The translations under genes and the position numbers were made by a program. DNA of 64,000 nucleotides. Origin: a plasmid. Within the stretch, counting starts at the first letter, position 1, and each line of letters opens with the position of its first letter. A model generated the notes under the pieces. That model saw only the letters and a list, made by a program, of their open reading frames with translations. It was not told the DNA's origin and did no database searches. Location: sequence record CP109674.1; one strand, written 5' to 3'. Of the stretch, positions 33,835 to 46,000 are shown piece after piece.

Positions 33835-33850
33835 ATTACAATCGTGTAAT
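33835..33850. promoter_or_regulatory. Candidate PcoR/CusR-type box in the pcoA / pcoE1-like divergent promoter region.
   Basis: Palindrome ATTACAATCGTGTAAT (half-sites TTACA/TGTAA). A second TTACA repeat lies 15 bp downstream. Confidence 0.4.
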
Positions 33851-33951
33851 GTACATAGCTGTATTACATTTACGTCATCTTCCCCACAGGTTGATTATTT
33901 TTATATATGATCATAAGGACATCTTTTATGTACCTCAGAAGGTAATTACAC

Positions 33952-34401
33952 ATGAATATATTAATCACGACCACTGCGTTTACAGCTTTATTTTGTGGGG
34001 CAGCTTTTGCTCAGTCCAGTGATATTGCCCATGAAGCACATCGATTTGTTAATAATGCCTCAGCCGTCAGTCATGTGAATTCCTCGACGCATGAAAACTT
34101 ACCGGACAGGGTTAATAAAAACAACACGCCCTCATTCTCTGAAATGAATGAACATGAAAGGGCCATTGTTGCTCATTCATTTATGAACAACAGCGCGTCC
34201 TATGCGCATCAGAAAATGATTGAGGAACATAAAAAAATGCTGTCCGGCAGTGATGCAAATTCAAAGACCTCGTCTTCTTCTTTTAACGAACTGAATGCCG
34301 GAGAAAAAGCCGCTCTCGTGCATGAGCTGGTCAATAATGCCGGTGCGGAAGCACATCAGACGCAGGCAAGAAAGCTTCGCGGGCTGTATTCGACCAGGTA
34401 A
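33952..34401 (+). CDS. SilE/PcoE-family periplasmic metal-binding protein, a third paralog (pcoE1-like), divergent from pcoA.
   Basis: Signal peptide followed by repeats SEMNEHERAIVAHSFMNN and NELNAGEKAALVHELVNN, sharing the (E/A)MNEHE(R/K)AAV(A/V)HE motif with PcoE and SilE in this window. Confidence 0.75.
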   Translation: MNILITTTAFTALFCGAAFAQSSDIAHEAHRFVNNASAVSHVNSSTHENLPDRVNKNNTPSFSEMNEHERAIVAHSFMNNSASYAHQKMIEEHKKMLSGSDANSKTSSSSFNELNAGEKAALVHELVNNAGAEAHQTQARKLRGLYSTR

Positions 34402-34689
34402 CTGCAGGCGGGTTAGTGCTTAGCGTCAGGTGCGCAGCAGGGCTTTACTGACGGGTTACGTAGCAGGACATGAGCCCCATATTGCTCTGCCGTAACCTGT
34501 TTCAGTCCCGTTAATCATCACCGTCGGGCTGGTCATACAGTTCCCAGAGCTTCCGGAGCAAACGGGAAACAAGATATGTTACAAAAATGACGACCATCAA
34601 CGGTGCTCCCGATTAACTGACAGATGACACGCCTCCTGAAAACCCCTAGCATACGCCGCAGTGTTCATGCTAACGGCGAATTCCAGTAA

Positions 34690-35427
34690 ATGTATTCTAC
34701 CGATGTCGTAAAAGAAAATGCCTACCTTTCAGCCACCCGCTCGGGGCTGGAATCGAACGAGATCGCTACTCTTCAGCGCTCCTTGCCTTCCCGGTTTAAT
34801 CTGCGGCATTTGAAAAAAAATGAATCATTAAAACTCGTACTGCAAAAGAAAGCGGGAAAATCACGTGTCGTGGCCTATAAATTTACGTCCGGTTCATTTA
34901 ATTACACGGCGTATCGTATATCAGATAAAAAGTTCTATAACCTTTCCGATACTTCCGGGAAAGGCAGTCTCGATTATCCGTTACCGGCCACAGCAAGACT
35001 CAGTTCGCCTTTCAATCCTGCAAGACTTAACCCGGTATCGGGAAAAGTGAGTCCCCATAATGGCATTGATTATTCCATGCCCATGAACACGAAAATAGTC
35101 AGCGTCATCGACGGAAAAATCACCCGGGCCGAATACAACAGTACCATGGGATATTTTGTTGAAGTAACGGGAAAAGCCGGTGTTAAAACTCGCTATCTCC
35201 ACCTCAATAAAATGCTCGTTACTAAAGGGGCCAGGGTTACCCGGGGAGACGCTATTGCGTTATCCGGTAACAGCGGACGTTCATCCGGTCCTCATCTGCA
35301 TTACGAGCTGGTCATCAATAACAATCCTGTTAACTCACTGGCGTTCCGGACGGCGGCACCCGCTGATAACAAACTCGAACAGCATGCCTTTGCGCATGCC
35401 AGAGACTACGAACGATACCTGGACTGA
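34690..35427 (+). CDS. M23-family (LytM-type) metallopeptidase, pcoG-like.
   Basis: Motifs HNGIDY and GNSGRSSGPHLHYE are the M23 active-site signatures. Confidence 0.75.
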   Translation: MYSTDVVKENAYLSATRSGLESNEIATLQRSLPSRFNLRHLKKNESLKLVLQKKAGKSRVVAYKFTSGSFNYTAYRISDKKFYNLSDTSGKGSLDYPLPATARLSSPFNPARLNPVSGKVSPHNGIDYSMPMNTKIVSVIDGKITRAEYNSTMGYFVEVTGKAGVKTRYLHLNKMLVTKGARVTRGDAIALSGNSGRSSGPHLHYELVINNNPVNSLAFRTAAPADNKLEQHAFAHARDYERYLD

Positions 35428-35460
35428 TAACGGGACCGCGACGCGGTCCCGTCTGCCGGA

Positions 35461-35658
35461 TTAATTTTTTTTATCGTTTTCACTTCCGTGATGTTGATGA
35501 TCTCCATGCCCCCCGTGACCGTGGAAAAGATGCATGAGCGGACAAAGCAGCAGTAACAGATATGGCCAGTAGCCTGCCACATGTGACCAGTGTTCGCGCA
35601 GGAGAGCAAATGCCGCAATCGCGGCGACAGCAATAAGCGCATAGGTTGTACTTTTCAT
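35461..35658 (-). CDS. Small His-rich membrane protein (DUF2933-like) upstream of silP.
   Basis: 65 aa. One TM helix, then HLFHGHGGHGDHQHHGSEND. The same architecture accompanies P1B-type ATPases, as recalled. Confidence 0.6.
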   Translation of the reverse strand: MKSTTYALIAVAAIAAFALLREHWSHVAGYWPYLLLLLCPLMHLFHGHGGHGDHQHHGSENDKKN

Positions 35659-35698
35659 ACCGGACTCCTTCTGTTCGTAACAGCCCCTTCACTCAGTG

Positions 35699-38146
35699 TT
35701 ATTTCCCGAGCCTGACACTTTTCAGACGCAACGCATTTGCAATGACGCTAACGGAGGAAAGGGCCATGGCCGCCGCCGCAATAACTGGCGACAGCAGTAT
35801 TCCATACACAGGATAAAGCAGACCTGCAGCTACAGGCACCCCAAGAGCATTGTAGATAAACGCAAAAAACAGATTCTGCCGGATATTTTTCATGGTGATC
35901 TCTGACAGATGACGGGCCCTGTTGAGTATCATCAAATCGCCTTTGAGAAGGGTAACGCCAGCACTTTCTATTGCCACATCTGTACCCGTTCCCATGGCTA
36001 TACCCACGTCAGCCGCTGCCAGCGCCGGGGCATCATTCACACCGTCTCCGGCCATCGCAACCACATGGCCAGACTCTTTCAGTCGGGTTATCACTGCTTT
36101 TTTGCCATCCGGCAGAATCCCGGCTTCAACCTCATCTATTCCCAGTTTCCGTGCGACTGCTTCAGCAGTAAGCTGGTTATCCCCGGTGAGCATAACAATG
36201 CGGATCCCCGCCTGACGCAAAGCTTTAAGCGCATCCGGCGTGGTTGCTTTCACGGGATCCGAGATAGCTATCAGGCCTGCAAGGTTCCCGTCTGTGGCCA
36301 CATAGATAACGGTAGCGCCTTCCATCCGCAACGTATCCGCAACGGCCTTTTGATTATCAATAACGATACTGTTTTCCTGCATAGCCAGTTCATTACCAAT
36401 AACAACCCGTTGACCTTCGACATCGCCTGAGACACCTTTCCCCGACGGGGCATTGAAATTACTGACGGCAGGTATCACGATCCCCTTTTCATGCGCGGCT
36501 CTGACAACAGCCATACCCAACGGATGCTGCGAACCTTTTTCCACTGCAGCTGTTACACGTAAAAGAGATATTTCCCCACCCGGACTGAGACTGATAATCC
36601 CTGTCACCGTAGGCGAACCTTCCGTGAGCGTGCCTGTTTTGTCGACAACCAGCGTGTCCACTTTTTCAAGACGCTCAAGGGCTTCGGCATTCTTGATTAA
36701 CACCCCGGCCTGGGCGCCTTTGCCCACCCCCACCATTATCGACATCGGCGTGGCCAGTCCCAGCGCGCAGGGACAGGCAATAATCAGGACCGACACAGCC
36801 GCAATGAGACCGTGCGCCATCCTGGGCTCGGGCCCCCAGACAGACCAGATCAAGAAAGCAACAACCGCGATAAGTATCACCAGAGGAACAAACCAGCCTG
36901 AAACGCTGTCTGCCATTCTCTGGATGGGGGCACGCGAACGCTGTGCATCAGCGACCATCTGAACAATTCGTGAGAGCATCGTTTCATCACCGACTTTCTC
37001 TGCACGGATGATAAGACTACCTGTCTGATTAATCGTCCCCCCAATGACAGGGTCACCCTTCGTTTTGGTAACCGGCATAGACTCCCCGGTCACCATCGAT
37101 TCATCCACAGTTGTTTTGCCTTCGATCACGATACCGTCGACCGGAATACTCTCTCCAGGTCTGATGCGGAGCTTATCGCCAGGCAGGACATCTTCCGCAT
37201 TAATATCCGTTTCATGACCGTCATGATCCAGCCGTCTGGCGGTTTTGGGGGCAAGGTTCAGAAGCGCAGTAATGGCGCCTGAGGTTTGTTCCCGTGCCCG
37301 CAGCTCAAGAACCTGTCCCAGCAGAACAAGCACCGTAATAACTGCTGCGGCTTCAAAATAAACGGCCACCAGGCCATCCATGTTTCTGAACGATGCAGGA
37401 AACCAGGAGGGGAAGACGGTTGCAATGACGCTGTAAACCCAGGCTACGCCGGTCCCCATTGCAACAAGGGTAAACATATTCAGGGAGCGGTTACGTAACG
37501 ACATTCCGGCCCGGGCGAAGAATGGCCAGCCACACCACAACACGACAGGGGAGGCCAGAAGCAACTGCAGCCATGTGTTGTACTGTGGCGGTACTGTATT
37601 CCTCAAGTCGGGAAACAGATGAGATCCCATTTCGAGTACCAGAACCGGAAACGCCAGCAACAACCCCAGCCAGAAGCGTCTTGTCATGTCGTGAAGTTCA
37701 TCACTCGGCCCCGTGGATGCCGTGGCTACGAGCGGCTCCAGTGCCATTCCACAGACAGGACAGCTTCCGGGACCACTGCGGCGTATCTCCGGGTGCATCG
37801 GACATGTCCACACACCTTCAGAATTCTCTTTTTCCGCCTGGTTGTGAGGCTGTTTTATCTGATCAGGGCTGACTTCGTGATGATCGTGGTGATGGTGATG
37901 GGAATGTTCACTGGCATCTTCGGTAAAATAATGATCGGGATGGGCTTTAAATTTGCTCTCACAGCTGGCGGAGCAGAAATAAAGCTGATGGTCCTGGTAT
38001 CGAATGCTGCTGTGCGCCTTGTCAGGCAGGATGACCATCCCGCACACGGGATCTCTCACCTTATGCAATACGTGGCCCTCGTCCGGGGATAATGTCTGCT
38101 CAGAAGCAGTCTGGTTGTTGTGTTGCACTGCATTGTCATTTTTCAC
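35699..38146 (-). CDS. silP: P1B-type Ag(I)/Cu(I)-translocating ATPase with an N-terminal metal-binding (TRASH/YHS-like) domain.
   Basis: 815 aa. CPC motif ([11 protein letters not shown]), DKTGT phosphorylation site, GDGVNDAP. N-terminal CGMVI...C motifs and a His-rich stretch. Confidence 0.9.
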   Translation of the reverse strand: MKNDNAVQHNNQTASEQTLSPDEGHVLHKVRDPVCGMVILPDKAHSSIRYQDHQLYFCSASCESKFKAHPDHYFTEDASEHSHHHHHDHHEVSPDQIKQPHNQAEKENSEGVWTCPMHPEIRRSGPGSCPVCGMALEPLVATASTGPSDELHDMTRRFWLGLLLAFPVLVLEMGSHLFPDLRNTVPPQYNTWLQLLLASPVVLWCGWPFFARAGMSLRNRSLNMFTLVAMGTGVAWVYSVIATVFPSWFPASFRNMDGLVAVYFEAAAVITVLVLLGQVLELRAREQTSGAITALLNLAPKTARRLDHDGHETDINAEDVLPGDKLRIRPGESIPVDGIVIEGKTTVDESMVTGESMPVTKTKGDPVIGGTINQTGSLIIRAEKVGDETMLSRIVQMVADAQRSRAPIQRMADSVSGWFVPLVILIAVVAFLIWSVWGPEPRMAHGLIAAVSVLIIACPCALGLATPMSIMVGVGKGAQAGVLIKNAEALERLEKVDTLVVDKTGTLTEGSPTVTGIISLSPGGEISLLRVTAAVEKGSQHPLGMAVVRAAHEKGIVIPAVSNFNAPSGKGVSGDVEGQRVVIGNELAMQENSIVIDNQKAVADTLRMEGATVIYVATDGNLAGLIAISDPVKATTPDALKALRQAGIRIVMLTGDNQLTAEAVARKLGIDEVEAGILPDGKKAVITRLKESGHVVAMAGDGVNDAPALAAADVGIAMGTGTDVAIESAGVTLLKGDLMILNRARHLSEITMKNIRQNLFFAFIYNALGVPVAAGLLYPVYGILLSPVIAAAAMALSSVSVIANALRLKSVRLGK

Positions 38147-38272
38147 AGTAACTCTCCTTATGCATACCGAAGCATCTTCTGTCTTCAGGGTATGTCATGG
38201 ATGCGATTACCACGAATATCGCCGGCACAGGAGTGCCTGCTACCGGCGTCCCGTTATCAGCCGTTCCGCTGA

Positions 38273-38713
38273 CTATTCGATTCGCTGGAAGACTTTTTTA
38301 CTTCCATCCGGTGAGAATGCGATAACATCGTAAGCCTCTTTTCGGGCTCCCATCTCCATTCCAGGACTTCCTGCTGGCATACCGGGGGTGGCGAGACCGT
38401 ATATACCCGAACCAGACTGCATTGCCTTATGTATCGTTGTCGCAGGCACATGGCCTTCAATGATCAAATTACCGGCAACCGCGGTATGACAACTTCGTAG
38501 TCCTGCAGGAACAGCATGCTTTTCTTTCAGGGCTGACAGCGCCTGATCATTCATGACGTGAGTTCGTACTTCGAACCCGTCTTTTTCCATCGCTTTGCCC
38601 CACAGGGAACAACAGCCACAGTTTTCAGATTTGTACATATCAATCACTTTTTCACTCGCCATCGCGGGTAGTGAAAGGCCGAGAGCCAGCGCCATTAGAA
38701 CCACTTTTTTCAT
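38273..38713 (-). CDS. silG: Periplasmic DUF411/CopG-like metal-binding protein (silG position).
   Basis: 146 aa with a signal peptide and a CGCCS motif. Start at the ATG with a GAGGTG RBS (the track's GTG start lies 2 codons upstream). Confidence 0.6.
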   Translation of the reverse strand: MKKVVLMALALGLSLPAMASEKVIDMYKSENCGCCSLWGKAMEKDGFEVRTHVMNDQALSALKEKHAVPAGLRSCHTAVAGNLIIEGHVPATTIHKAMQSGSGIYGLATPGMPAGSPGMEMGARKEAYDVIAFSPDGSKKVFQRIE

Positions 38714-38799
38714 ACTCACCTCTGTATATTATCGATATAAACCCTGACGTCAGGGTGAATCAGTAAAGAAGGACACCCACAGGGGGTGCCCTTTCAGGT

Positions 38800-41700
38800 T
38801 CAGGACACGCTTTTTTTATGTCTGCGCAGCCAGATTAATTTGTAGGCGGCAGGAATAATGAACAGGGACAGCAGCGGAGCCGTGATCATCCCACCAATCA
38901 TGGGTGCCGCAATACGGCTCATGACTTCTGAACCTGCGCCGGTTCCCCAGAGTATTGGCAGCAGACCCGCAATGATCACCGCCACGGTCATGGCTTTCGG
39001 CCGGACACGCAGTACGGCACCATGATAGAGGGCTTCATCAAGACCTTCCGGTGTGAACGTCTCTTTACGGGACAATTCCGGGTGCGCTTCAATGGCATGA
39101 CGCAGATACATCAGCATGACCACGCCAAACTCTGCTGCCACCCCGGCCAGGGCGATAAACCCGGTTCCGGTCGCCACTGACATATGGAAGCCCTGCCAGT
39201 ACAGGAACCATATTCCGCCAACCAGGGCGAACGGCAGGCTCATCAGGATCAGCAGGGCTTCGTCAACCCGGCGGAATGCCAGATACAACAGGATGAAAAT
39301 GATCATCACCGTCATCGGCACCATCAGCTTCAGTTTCTTGTTGGCATGCTCAAGCAGTTCAAACTGTCCGGAGAATGCCACACTGGTTCCCGGTCTCAGT
39401 TTCACTTTCTCGCTGATGGCCGTCTTAATGTCGTTAACCACCGACACCATGTCCCTGCCGCGGGCATCAACATAAATCCAGCTGGCTGGCCGGGCATTTT
39501 CGGTTTTCAGCATGGTTGGTCCAGAAACGACGTTAATATCCGCGACATCGCCCAGCGTGATCTGCTGCTTCATCGGGGTCAGGATCGGCATCTGTTTCAG
39601 CGCCTGCGGACTGTTCCGGTAATCCTGCGGGTAGCGAATGTTAATAGGGTACCGGGCCACCCCTTCAACCGTCTCACCCACCATAGCACCTCCGATTGCT
39701 GAAGAGACGAACAGCTGGACATCACCTACCGTCATCCCGTAGCGGGAGGCTTTCTCCCGGTTGATATCGATATCGATGTAGCGCCCGCCCTCAAGTCGCT
39801 CAGCCAGGACAGACACCACGCCAGGCACGGTTTTGGCTACCGCCTCGATACTCTGCGCCGTCGCGTCGATATCGGACAGAACAGTCCCGGACACTTTGAT
39901 ACCTATCGGGCTTTTGATCCCGGTTGAGAGCATATCAATACGGTTACGGATAGGCGGCACCCAGAGGTTTGCCAGACCCGGTAAACGGACTGTCCTGTCG
40001 AGTTCATCAATAATCTTGTCAATTGTCATGCCGGGACGCCACTGATCCTCAGGTTTGAGCTGGATCGTGGTTTCCACCATTTCGAGCGGCGCGGAATCCG
40101 TTGCGGTCTCTGCTTTACCGGTCTTGCCAAATACAGAAGCCACTTCAGGAACGCTTTTGATTAACTTGTCTGTTGTCTGCAGGAGCGCTGCAGCTTCTGC
40201 CGGAGAGACGCCAGGCAAGGTCGACGGCATATACAGCAGATCGCCCTCGTTAATCTTCGGCAGAAATTCACCGCCCACCTGACTCAGTGGCCAGATAACC
40301 GTGAAAATGGACAAGGCCGCAACCAGCAGGGTTGTTTTTGGCCAGTGGAGGACCCGCAGCAGCAAAGGATGATACGCTTTGATCAGCACCCGGTTCAGGG
40401 GGTTACTTGTCTCGGCAGGAATTTTCCCCCGGATCCAGAATCCCATCAGAATAGGAATGACGATGATGGCCAGTGCGGCCGCTCCCGCCATGGAGTACGT
40501 TTTCGTGAATGCCAGCGGGCCAAACAGACGACCTTCCTGCCCTTCCAGGGTAAAGATAGGAATAAAGGACAGGGTGATGATCAGCAGGCTAATGAACAAC
40601 GCGGGTCCCACTTCCACGGAGGCGTCGGTAATCACCTTCCAGCGGGTGGCGTTGTCAATCTGCTCACCCGGATGCTGATGATCCCACTCCTCAAGCCGTT
40701 TGTGCGCATTTTCAATCATCACAATGGCGGCATCCACCATCGCACCGACGGCAATCGCTATCCCTCCCAGCGACATGATATTGGCGTTCAGTCCCTGGAA
40801 GTGCATGACGATAAAGGCGATACACAGGCCAAGCGGCAGAGAGATAATCGCCACCAGGGCAGAACGTACGTGCCACAGGAACAGAGCACAGACGATGGCC
40901 ACCACGATAAACTCTTCCAGAAGTTTGGAACTGAGGTTATCAATCGCCCGGTCGATTAACTGGCTGCGATCGTAGGTGGTCACGATTTCAACGCCTTCCG
41001 GCAGGCTGGCCTTCAGCGTCTCCAGTTTATCCCTCACTGCCGTGATAACGTCGCGCGCATTTTTACCCGACCGCAGGATCACCACGCCGCCAGCGACTTC
41101 TCCCTGGCCGTTCAGCTCGGCAATACCACGCCTCATTTCGGGCCCGGTCTGCACGCGGGCAACATCCCGCAGATAAACCGGCACGCCGTTCTCACCTGTT
41201 TTCAGGACGATGTTATTAAAATCATCAATGCTCTGAAGATAACCGCTGGCACGGACCATATACTCCGCTTCGGCCATTTCAACGGATGAGCCACCGGCCT
41301 CCTGGTTAGACGATTCAAGTGCCTGTTTCACTTCGGGCAGGCTGATACCGTACTGGGACAGTTTTACCGGATTGACCTGAATCTGGTACTGTTTCACCAC
41401 GCCGCCAACCGAAGCGACCTCAGCCACGTTCGGGATGGTTTTCAGCTCAAATTTCAGGAACCAGTCCTGCAGAGAGCGCAGTTCTGAAAGGTCGTGTTTT
41501 CCGTTGCGATCGACAAGGGCATATTCAAATATCCAGCCCACTCCCGTGGCGTCCGGGCCGATTTCAGAGCTCACACCCGCAGGCAGTTTGCCCTGAACCT
41601 GATTCAGGTATTCCAGCACGCGCGAACGGGCCCAGTACAGATCGGTGCCGTCTTCAAAAATGACATACACATACGAATCACCGAACTGTGAAAAGCCACG

Positions 41701-41946
41701 CACGGTTTTTGCGCCAGGTACGGACAGCATGGTGGTGGTAAGCGGATAGGTGACCTGGTTTTCTACAATCTGCGGGGCCTGTCCGGGATAGCTGGTTTTA
41801 ATAATGACCTGCACATCTGACAGGTCAGGCAGCGCATCGACCGGCGTGTTAATTATCGTCCATGTGCCCCAGATGCTGAGAAACAGTGCGCCCATCATGA
41901 CCAGGAAACGGTTGGCGACAGAGCGCCGGATAATCCATTCAATCAT
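38800..41946 (-). CDS. silA: RND heavy-metal efflux pump (CusA-like).
   Basis: 1048 aa with 12 TM helices. CusA/SilA family, including the Met-cluster periplasmic domain. Confidence 0.9.
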   Translation of the reverse strand: MIEWIIRRSVANRFLVMMGALFLSIWGTWTIINTPVDALPDLSDVQVIIKTSYPGQAPQIVENQVTYPLTTTMLSVPGAKTVRGFSQFGDSYVYVIFEDGTDLYWARSRVLEYLNQVQGKLPAGVSSEIGPDATGVGWIFEYALVDRNGKHDLSELRSLQDWFLKFELKTIPNVAEVASVGGVVKQYQIQVNPVKLSQYGISLPEVKQALESSNQEAGGSSVEMAEAEYMVRASGYLQSIDDFNNIVLKTGENGVPVYLRDVARVQTGPEMRRGIAELNGQGEVAGGVVILRSGKNARDVITAVRDKLETLKASLPEGVEIVTTYDRSQLIDRAIDNLSSKLLEEFIVVAIVCALFLWHVRSALVAIISLPLGLCIAFIVMHFQGLNANIMSLGGIAIAVGAMVDAAIVMIENAHKRLEEWDHQHPGEQIDNATRWKVITDASVEVGPALFISLLIITLSFIPIFTLEGQEGRLFGPLAFTKTYSMAGAAALAIIVIPILMGFWIRGKIPAETSNPLNRVLIKAYHPLLLRVLHWPKTTLLVAALSIFTVIWPLSQVGGEFLPKINEGDLLYMPSTLPGVSPAEAAALLQTTDKLIKSVPEVASVFGKTGKAETATDSAPLEMVETTIQLKPEDQWRPGMTIDKIIDELDRTVRLPGLANLWVPPIRNRIDMLSTGIKSPIGIKVSGTVLSDIDATAQSIEAVAKTVPGVVSVLAERLEGGRYIDIDINREKASRYGMTVGDVQLFVSSAIGGAMVGETVEGVARYPINIRYPQDYRNSPQALKQMPILTPMKQQITLGDVADINVVSGPTMLKTENARPASWIYVDARGRDMVSVVNDIKTAISEKVKLRPGTSVAFSGQFELLEHANKKLKLMVPMTVMIIFILLYLAFRRVDEALLILMSLPFALVGGIWFLYWQGFHMSVATGTGFIALAGVAAEFGVVMLMYLRHAIEAHPELSRKETFTPEGLDEALYHGAVLRVRPKAMTVAVIIAGLLPILWGTGAGSEVMSRIAAPMIGGMITAPLLSLFIIPAAYKLIWLRRHKKSVS

Positions 41947-41956
41947 CGTCGTCTCC

Positions 41957-43249
41957 TCAGTGCCCTGAATGCATATTTACAGGCTGCTCAGACATTGCTG
42001 GCATACTGTTTTCTGTTTTTTCAGGGTGGCGCATACGTTCCAGCGCGCCCGTAATATTGGCTTCGGAGTCAATGAGGAACAGGCCACTGACCACCACGGT
42101 ATCGCCTTCATTCAGGCCGGAGCCAATGCCGGACTGTTGCTGTGATTCATGCAGAACGTGGATCTGTTTCGGCACAAACTTGCCTTCATCATCAACAGTA
42201 ATCACGCGCTGTTCTTTGCCGGTATCGATAACGGCCTGGCTTGGTATCAGCAGCATCTCCTGGCTCTTGGTATTCAGTTTCAGATAGGCATTCATGCCCG
42301 GCTTGAGAAACTCATCCTTATTAGAAACCTGGAGACGGACCTGAAGCGTACGGGTTGTCTGATCCACGCTGGGAAGAATGTTCCATTTTTCGACATGGAA
42401 TGTTTTATCCGGATAAGCCGGTACCGAAATTTCAAACTGCGACGTATCTTTCAGCAGATAGGCGATAGATTCTGGCACTGCAGCGCTGATCCAGACCGGG
42501 TCCATCCCCTGAATCTGAGCCACTACTTTATCTTTCGAAATATTCATTCCGGTGCGCAGGTCAAACGCAGTAATGACACCATCAATAGGTGCTTTAATGG
42601 TAAAACGGGTCTGGATTGTGCGGGTTGAACGCAGCCTTTGAATATCCTCTTCCGGCATACCAGCCAGACGAAGTCGCTCCAGAACCCCTTTTATCTGGGT
42701 TGACGTACCGCCTGTACCGGATAACAGCAGGAACTCACTTTGTGCCTCAACCCATTCAGGAATGGTGATATCGATAAGCGGAGTGCCTTTCTTCACATGA
42801 TCGCCAATCGTCAGGGGATACACTTTTTCGACGAAACCGTCAGAACGCGCCTGCACAATGACAAACTGATACTCGTTGTAACTGACATTAGCCGGGATTG
42901 TCTGGGAATAATTCAGCATTCCTCGCGTAACTTTTTGCGTTTTTAATCCCAGATTCTGAACCTGGGTTGGATCGATACGGATCCCGCCACTGCTTTTATC
43001 GCCACTTTCATCAGCATATTTCGGCACCAGGTCCATATCCATAAAGGGAGATTTTCCGGGTTTATCAAATTTGGTATCCGGTTTCATCGGGTCATACCAG
43101 AAAAGTACCTTTCGCTCCGGTGCCTTTTGTTCGGTTTGTACTGTTTTTTGTGATGAGTTTACATACTGCCAGGCAGTAACCGATATCAGCCCCCCTGCTA
43201 TGAGGCTGCTGATAATTATTGCAGCATATTTTATCTTTAAAGAAGCCAT
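41957..43249 (-). CDS. silB: Membrane fusion protein (CusB-like).
   Basis: 430 aa. N-terminal anchor plus beta-barrel/lipoyl domains. Metal-binding N-terminus (FWYDPMKPD). Confidence 0.9.
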   Translation of the reverse strand: MASLKIKYAAIIISSLIAGGLISVTAWQYVNSSQKTVQTEQKAPERKVLFWYDPMKPDTKFDKPGKSPFMDMDLVPKYADESGDKSSGGIRIDPTQVQNLGLKTQKVTRGMLNYSQTIPANVSYNEYQFVIVQARSDGFVEKVYPLTIGDHVKKGTPLIDITIPEWVEAQSEFLLLSGTGGTSTQIKGVLERLRLAGMPEEDIQRLRSTRTIQTRFTIKAPIDGVITAFDLRTGMNISKDKVVAQIQGMDPVWISAAVPESIAYLLKDTSQFEISVPAYPDKTFHVEKWNILPSVDQTTRTLQVRLQVSNKDEFLKPGMNAYLKLNTKSQEMLLIPSQAVIDTGKEQRVITVDDEGKFVPKQIHVLHESQQQSGIGSGLNEGDTVVVSGLFLIDSEANITGALERMRHPEKTENSMPAMSEQPVNMHSGH

Positions 43250-43362
43250 ACAATTTCTCGCTGAAAAATCAAAACACCTGGCATATGCGCCCGATCATTC
43301 ATTCACAGTAATCCCTTAATGAATGTTCAGGCGCACTGGATGTATTCGCTCCGGACTGATAA

Positions 43363-43716
43363 TCAGGATTGCGTAACGTTAATGCTTTTGAGTAAGGAGA
43401 TATTGCCCTGCTGAATAAACGAGAAATCGACATGGTTGCCGGTTTTCAGGGCATTGATAGCGTCGTCTGCATTAACAAAAGTGAAGCGCATGGTCATTGC
43501 AGGCCAGCCCACAGCAGGGATTGCTTCGTGCGAAATGGTAATCTTTTTACTATTCATATCAATGTCTTTAACGACACCGGTGCCCTTGATAACCTGCTGT
43601 ACCGAAGCATCACTGGCAGCATTCATATCGCCATGCTGATGTGTTTCAGCATGAAGACCGGCAGAAAACATGACAGAGAAGGCACCAAATAAAACGGCTT
43701 TAAGTGAATTACGCAT
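43363..43716 (-). CDS. silF: CusF-like periplasmic Ag/Cu chaperone.
   Basis: 117 aa with a signal peptide. Motif GWPAMTMRF, and HxxM...M ligands typical of CusF. Confidence 0.85.
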   Translation of the reverse strand: MRNSLKAVLFGAFSVMFSAGLHAETHQHGDMNAASDASVQQVIKGTGVVKDIDMNSKKITISHEAIPAVGWPAMTMRFTFVNADDAINALKTGNHVDFSFIQQGNISLLKSINVTQS

Positions 43717-43744
43717 TTTTAATTTCCTGATTAATTAAATAAAT

Positions 43745-45130
43745 TTACTCTACCCAACCGCCACCCAGCGCGGTAAACAGATTAATTTCGTTAACCTGTC
43801 GGGAATAGGTAAGATCGAGAATGGTTTGCTGCGTAGCGAAGAGGGAACGTTCTGCATCCAGCACTTCGATGTAACTGACAGCACCACTTGCATATAATCC
43901 TCTGGCACGCTGGAGAGTTATCTGAAGTGAATCAAGATAACGCTGCTGTGACTCAAGTTGCTGGCTAAAGCTGTCGCGCAGCGCAAGCGTGTCGGAAACA
44001 TCCTTAAAGGCTGACTGAATTTTTTGTTCGTAATTAACCACCGACTGTTGCTGGCGAATTTCAGCCAGCTTCAGATTGGCTTTATTCCTGCCAGCATTAA
44101 AAATAGGAATTTCAATTTTAGGGATAAAATTCCACATTCCACTTCCTGACGTAAACAGGCTTGACAGCTCCGTACTGCTTGCGGAAAGACCACTGGTCAG
44201 GGTAATGGAGGGGAAAAAGGCCGCTCGCGCTGCGCCAATATTGGCATCAGCCGCTTTCAGCTGATATTCCGCTTCCATAATATCCGGTCGCTGCAGCAAA
44301 ATTTGTGAAGATAGATTTGGTGGCAATTTTACTGGTGCGATCTCCCCGCCTTTCATCCCTTTTTCTGACGGAAGTGCGCGGTACGTTCCCAGCACCAGTT
44401 GCAGGGCATTGTTTGCCTGAGCCAGATCGCCTTCTCGTTTGGCTATTTCGGCGCGGGTACTTTCGATTTGTCCTCTCGCCTGTTCAAGTGCCAGAACGTT
44501 CGTACTCCCGGTCACGAGCTGTTGCTCAACGAAAGCATAGGACTGTTCATAATTTTTCAGCGTTTCCCGCGCAATACGGAGTTGTTCGTACGCCAGTTGC
44601 TGGCTGAAATAGCTCTGTGAAACGTTGGAGACCAGCAGGATGTGTACGGCACGACGGGCTTCTTCGCTGGCAAAGTAGTTCTGGCGATCAGCCTCACTCA
44701 TGTTCTTAAGTTTGCCAAAAAAATCGAGCTCATAGCTGAGCTCCAGACCCGCGTCGTACTCCTGTGTGGTCGGCTTGTCACCTTTCAGATCACCGTTGTA
44801 TGTGATCCCGGATGAGGCATTCAGTTGGGGATAACGATCTGCATCCGTGACGTTGAACTGGGCCCGGGCCTCTTCAACCTTCAGGGCAGCCATTCTCAAA
44901 TCACGGTTATTATTCAGGGCTTCACCGATCAGCCTGCTGACCTGGGGATCGACAAAAAAGTTTCGCCAGCCCGTATCCTGATAGCTGTTTACCGCAGGCG
45001 TCAGACTGTTTTTAGACAATGAAAACTGCTGGGGAACCGGAGCTGGCGGACGCTGATATTCAGGTGCCAGAGAAACACAACCAGCCAGGATGAATATGGT
45101 ACTGATGCTGAGTAATTTTAATTTGAACAT
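43745..45130 (-). CDS. silC: Outer-membrane factor lipoprotein (CusC-like).
   Basis: Start at MFKLKLLSISTIFILAGC (lipobox). The ORF-track 5' extension to 45286 lacks an RBS. Confidence 0.85.
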   Translation of the reverse strand: MFKLKLLSISTIFILAGCVSLAPEYQRPPAPVPQQFSLSKNSLTPAVNSYQDTGWRNFFVDPQVSRLIGEALNNNRDLRMAALKVEEARAQFNVTDADRYPQLNASSGITYNGDLKGDKPTTQEYDAGLELSYELDFFGKLKNMSEADRQNYFASEEARRAVHILLVSNVSQSYFSQQLAYEQLRIARETLKNYEQSYAFVEQQLVTGSTNVLALEQARGQIESTRAEIAKREGDLAQANNALQLVLGTYRALPSEKGMKGGEIAPVKLPPNLSSQILLQRPDIMEAEYQLKAADANIGAARAAFFPSITLTSGLSASSTELSSLFTSGSGMWNFIPKIEIPIFNAGRNKANLKLAEIRQQQSVVNYEQKIQSAFKDVSDTLALRDSFSQQLESQQRYLDSLQITLQRARGLYASGAVSYIEVLDAERSLFATQQTILDLTYSRQVNEINLFTALGGGWVE

Positions 45131-45232
45131 AACGCTTCTCGTACAGGCAGACCTGGTAAATGGTTCAAACGAAGTCCAGAGTATTGATAGGGATACTTTA
45201 CCGAACGCTCTCTGTTTGCCGGGTGACAGGAT

Positions 45233-45248
45233 AATGACAATGTTGTCA
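45233..45248. promoter_or_regulatory. CusR/SilR box in the silC / silR divergent promoter region.
   Basis: Perfect palindrome ATGACAATGTTGTCAT. Confidence 0.6.
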
Positions 45249-45316
45249 TTTTTGCTGTAATCCGTTGATAACGATCGTGGGCGCAATAAAATGACATTAG
45301 CAGCCAGCCGGGGAGC

Positions 45317-46000
45317 ATGATGAAAATATTAATCGTTGAAGACGAAATTAAAACAGGTGAATATCTCAGCAAGGGGCTGACAGAGGCGGGGTTCGTCGTG
45401 GATCACGCTGATAATGGTCTGACCGGATATCATCTTGCCATGACAGCCGAGTATGATTTAGTCATCCTGGATATCATGCTGCCTGATGTAAACGGCTGGG
45501 ATATCATCCGTATGCTGCGCAGTGCCGGAAAGGGGATGCCGGTATTACTGCTGACGGCCCTTGGCACGATTGAACACAGGGTCAAAGGACTTGAGCTGGG
45601 TGCGGACGATTATCTGGTGAAGCCCTTTGCGTTTGCTGAACTGCTCGCCCGGGTAAGAACCCTCCTCAGGCGGGGAAACACGATGATCACGGAAAGCCAG
45701 CTTAAAGTGGCTGACCTCTCGGTTGATCTCGTATCCAGAAAAGTCAGCCGCGCCGGGAACCGCATTGTGCTCACCAGTAAAGAGTTCAGCTTGCTGGAAT
45801 TCTTCATTCGCCATCAGGGAGAAGTTCTTCCCCGCTCCCTGATTGCCTCTCAGGTCTGGGACATGAATTTTGACAGCGACACTAACGCGATTGATGTCGC
45901 AGTAAAGCGACTCCGCGCTAAAATAGACAACGATTACGGGACAAAACTGATCCAGACAGTGCGGGGCGTGGGCTACATGCTGGAGATCCCGGATGCATAG
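45317..46000 (+). CDS. silR: OmpR-family response regulator.
   Basis: [21 protein letters not shown]... About 60% identical to PcoR in this window. Confidence 0.9.
   Translation: MMKILIVEDEIKTGEYLSKGLTEAGFVVDHADNGLTGYHLAMTAEYDLVILDIMLPDVNGWDIIRMLRSAGKGMPVLLLTALGTIEHRVKGLELGADDYLVKPFAFAELLARVRTLLRRGNTMITESQLKVADLSVDLVSRKVSRAGNRIVLTSKEFSLLEFFIRHQGEVLPRSLIASQVWDMNFDSDTNAIDVAVKRLRAKIDNDYGTKLIQTVRGVGYMLEIPDA

Noticed and set aside
35909-36962. Plus-strand ORFs inside silP (35909..36430, 36453..36962, 37619..38092).
   Set aside because: They are antisense to silP, whose P-type ATPase motifs are intact.
39116-41176. Plus-strand ORFs inside silA (39184..39702, 40345..40959 and others).
   Set aside because: They are antisense to the 1048-aa RND pump gene, with low-complexity His/Arg/Gln-rich translations.
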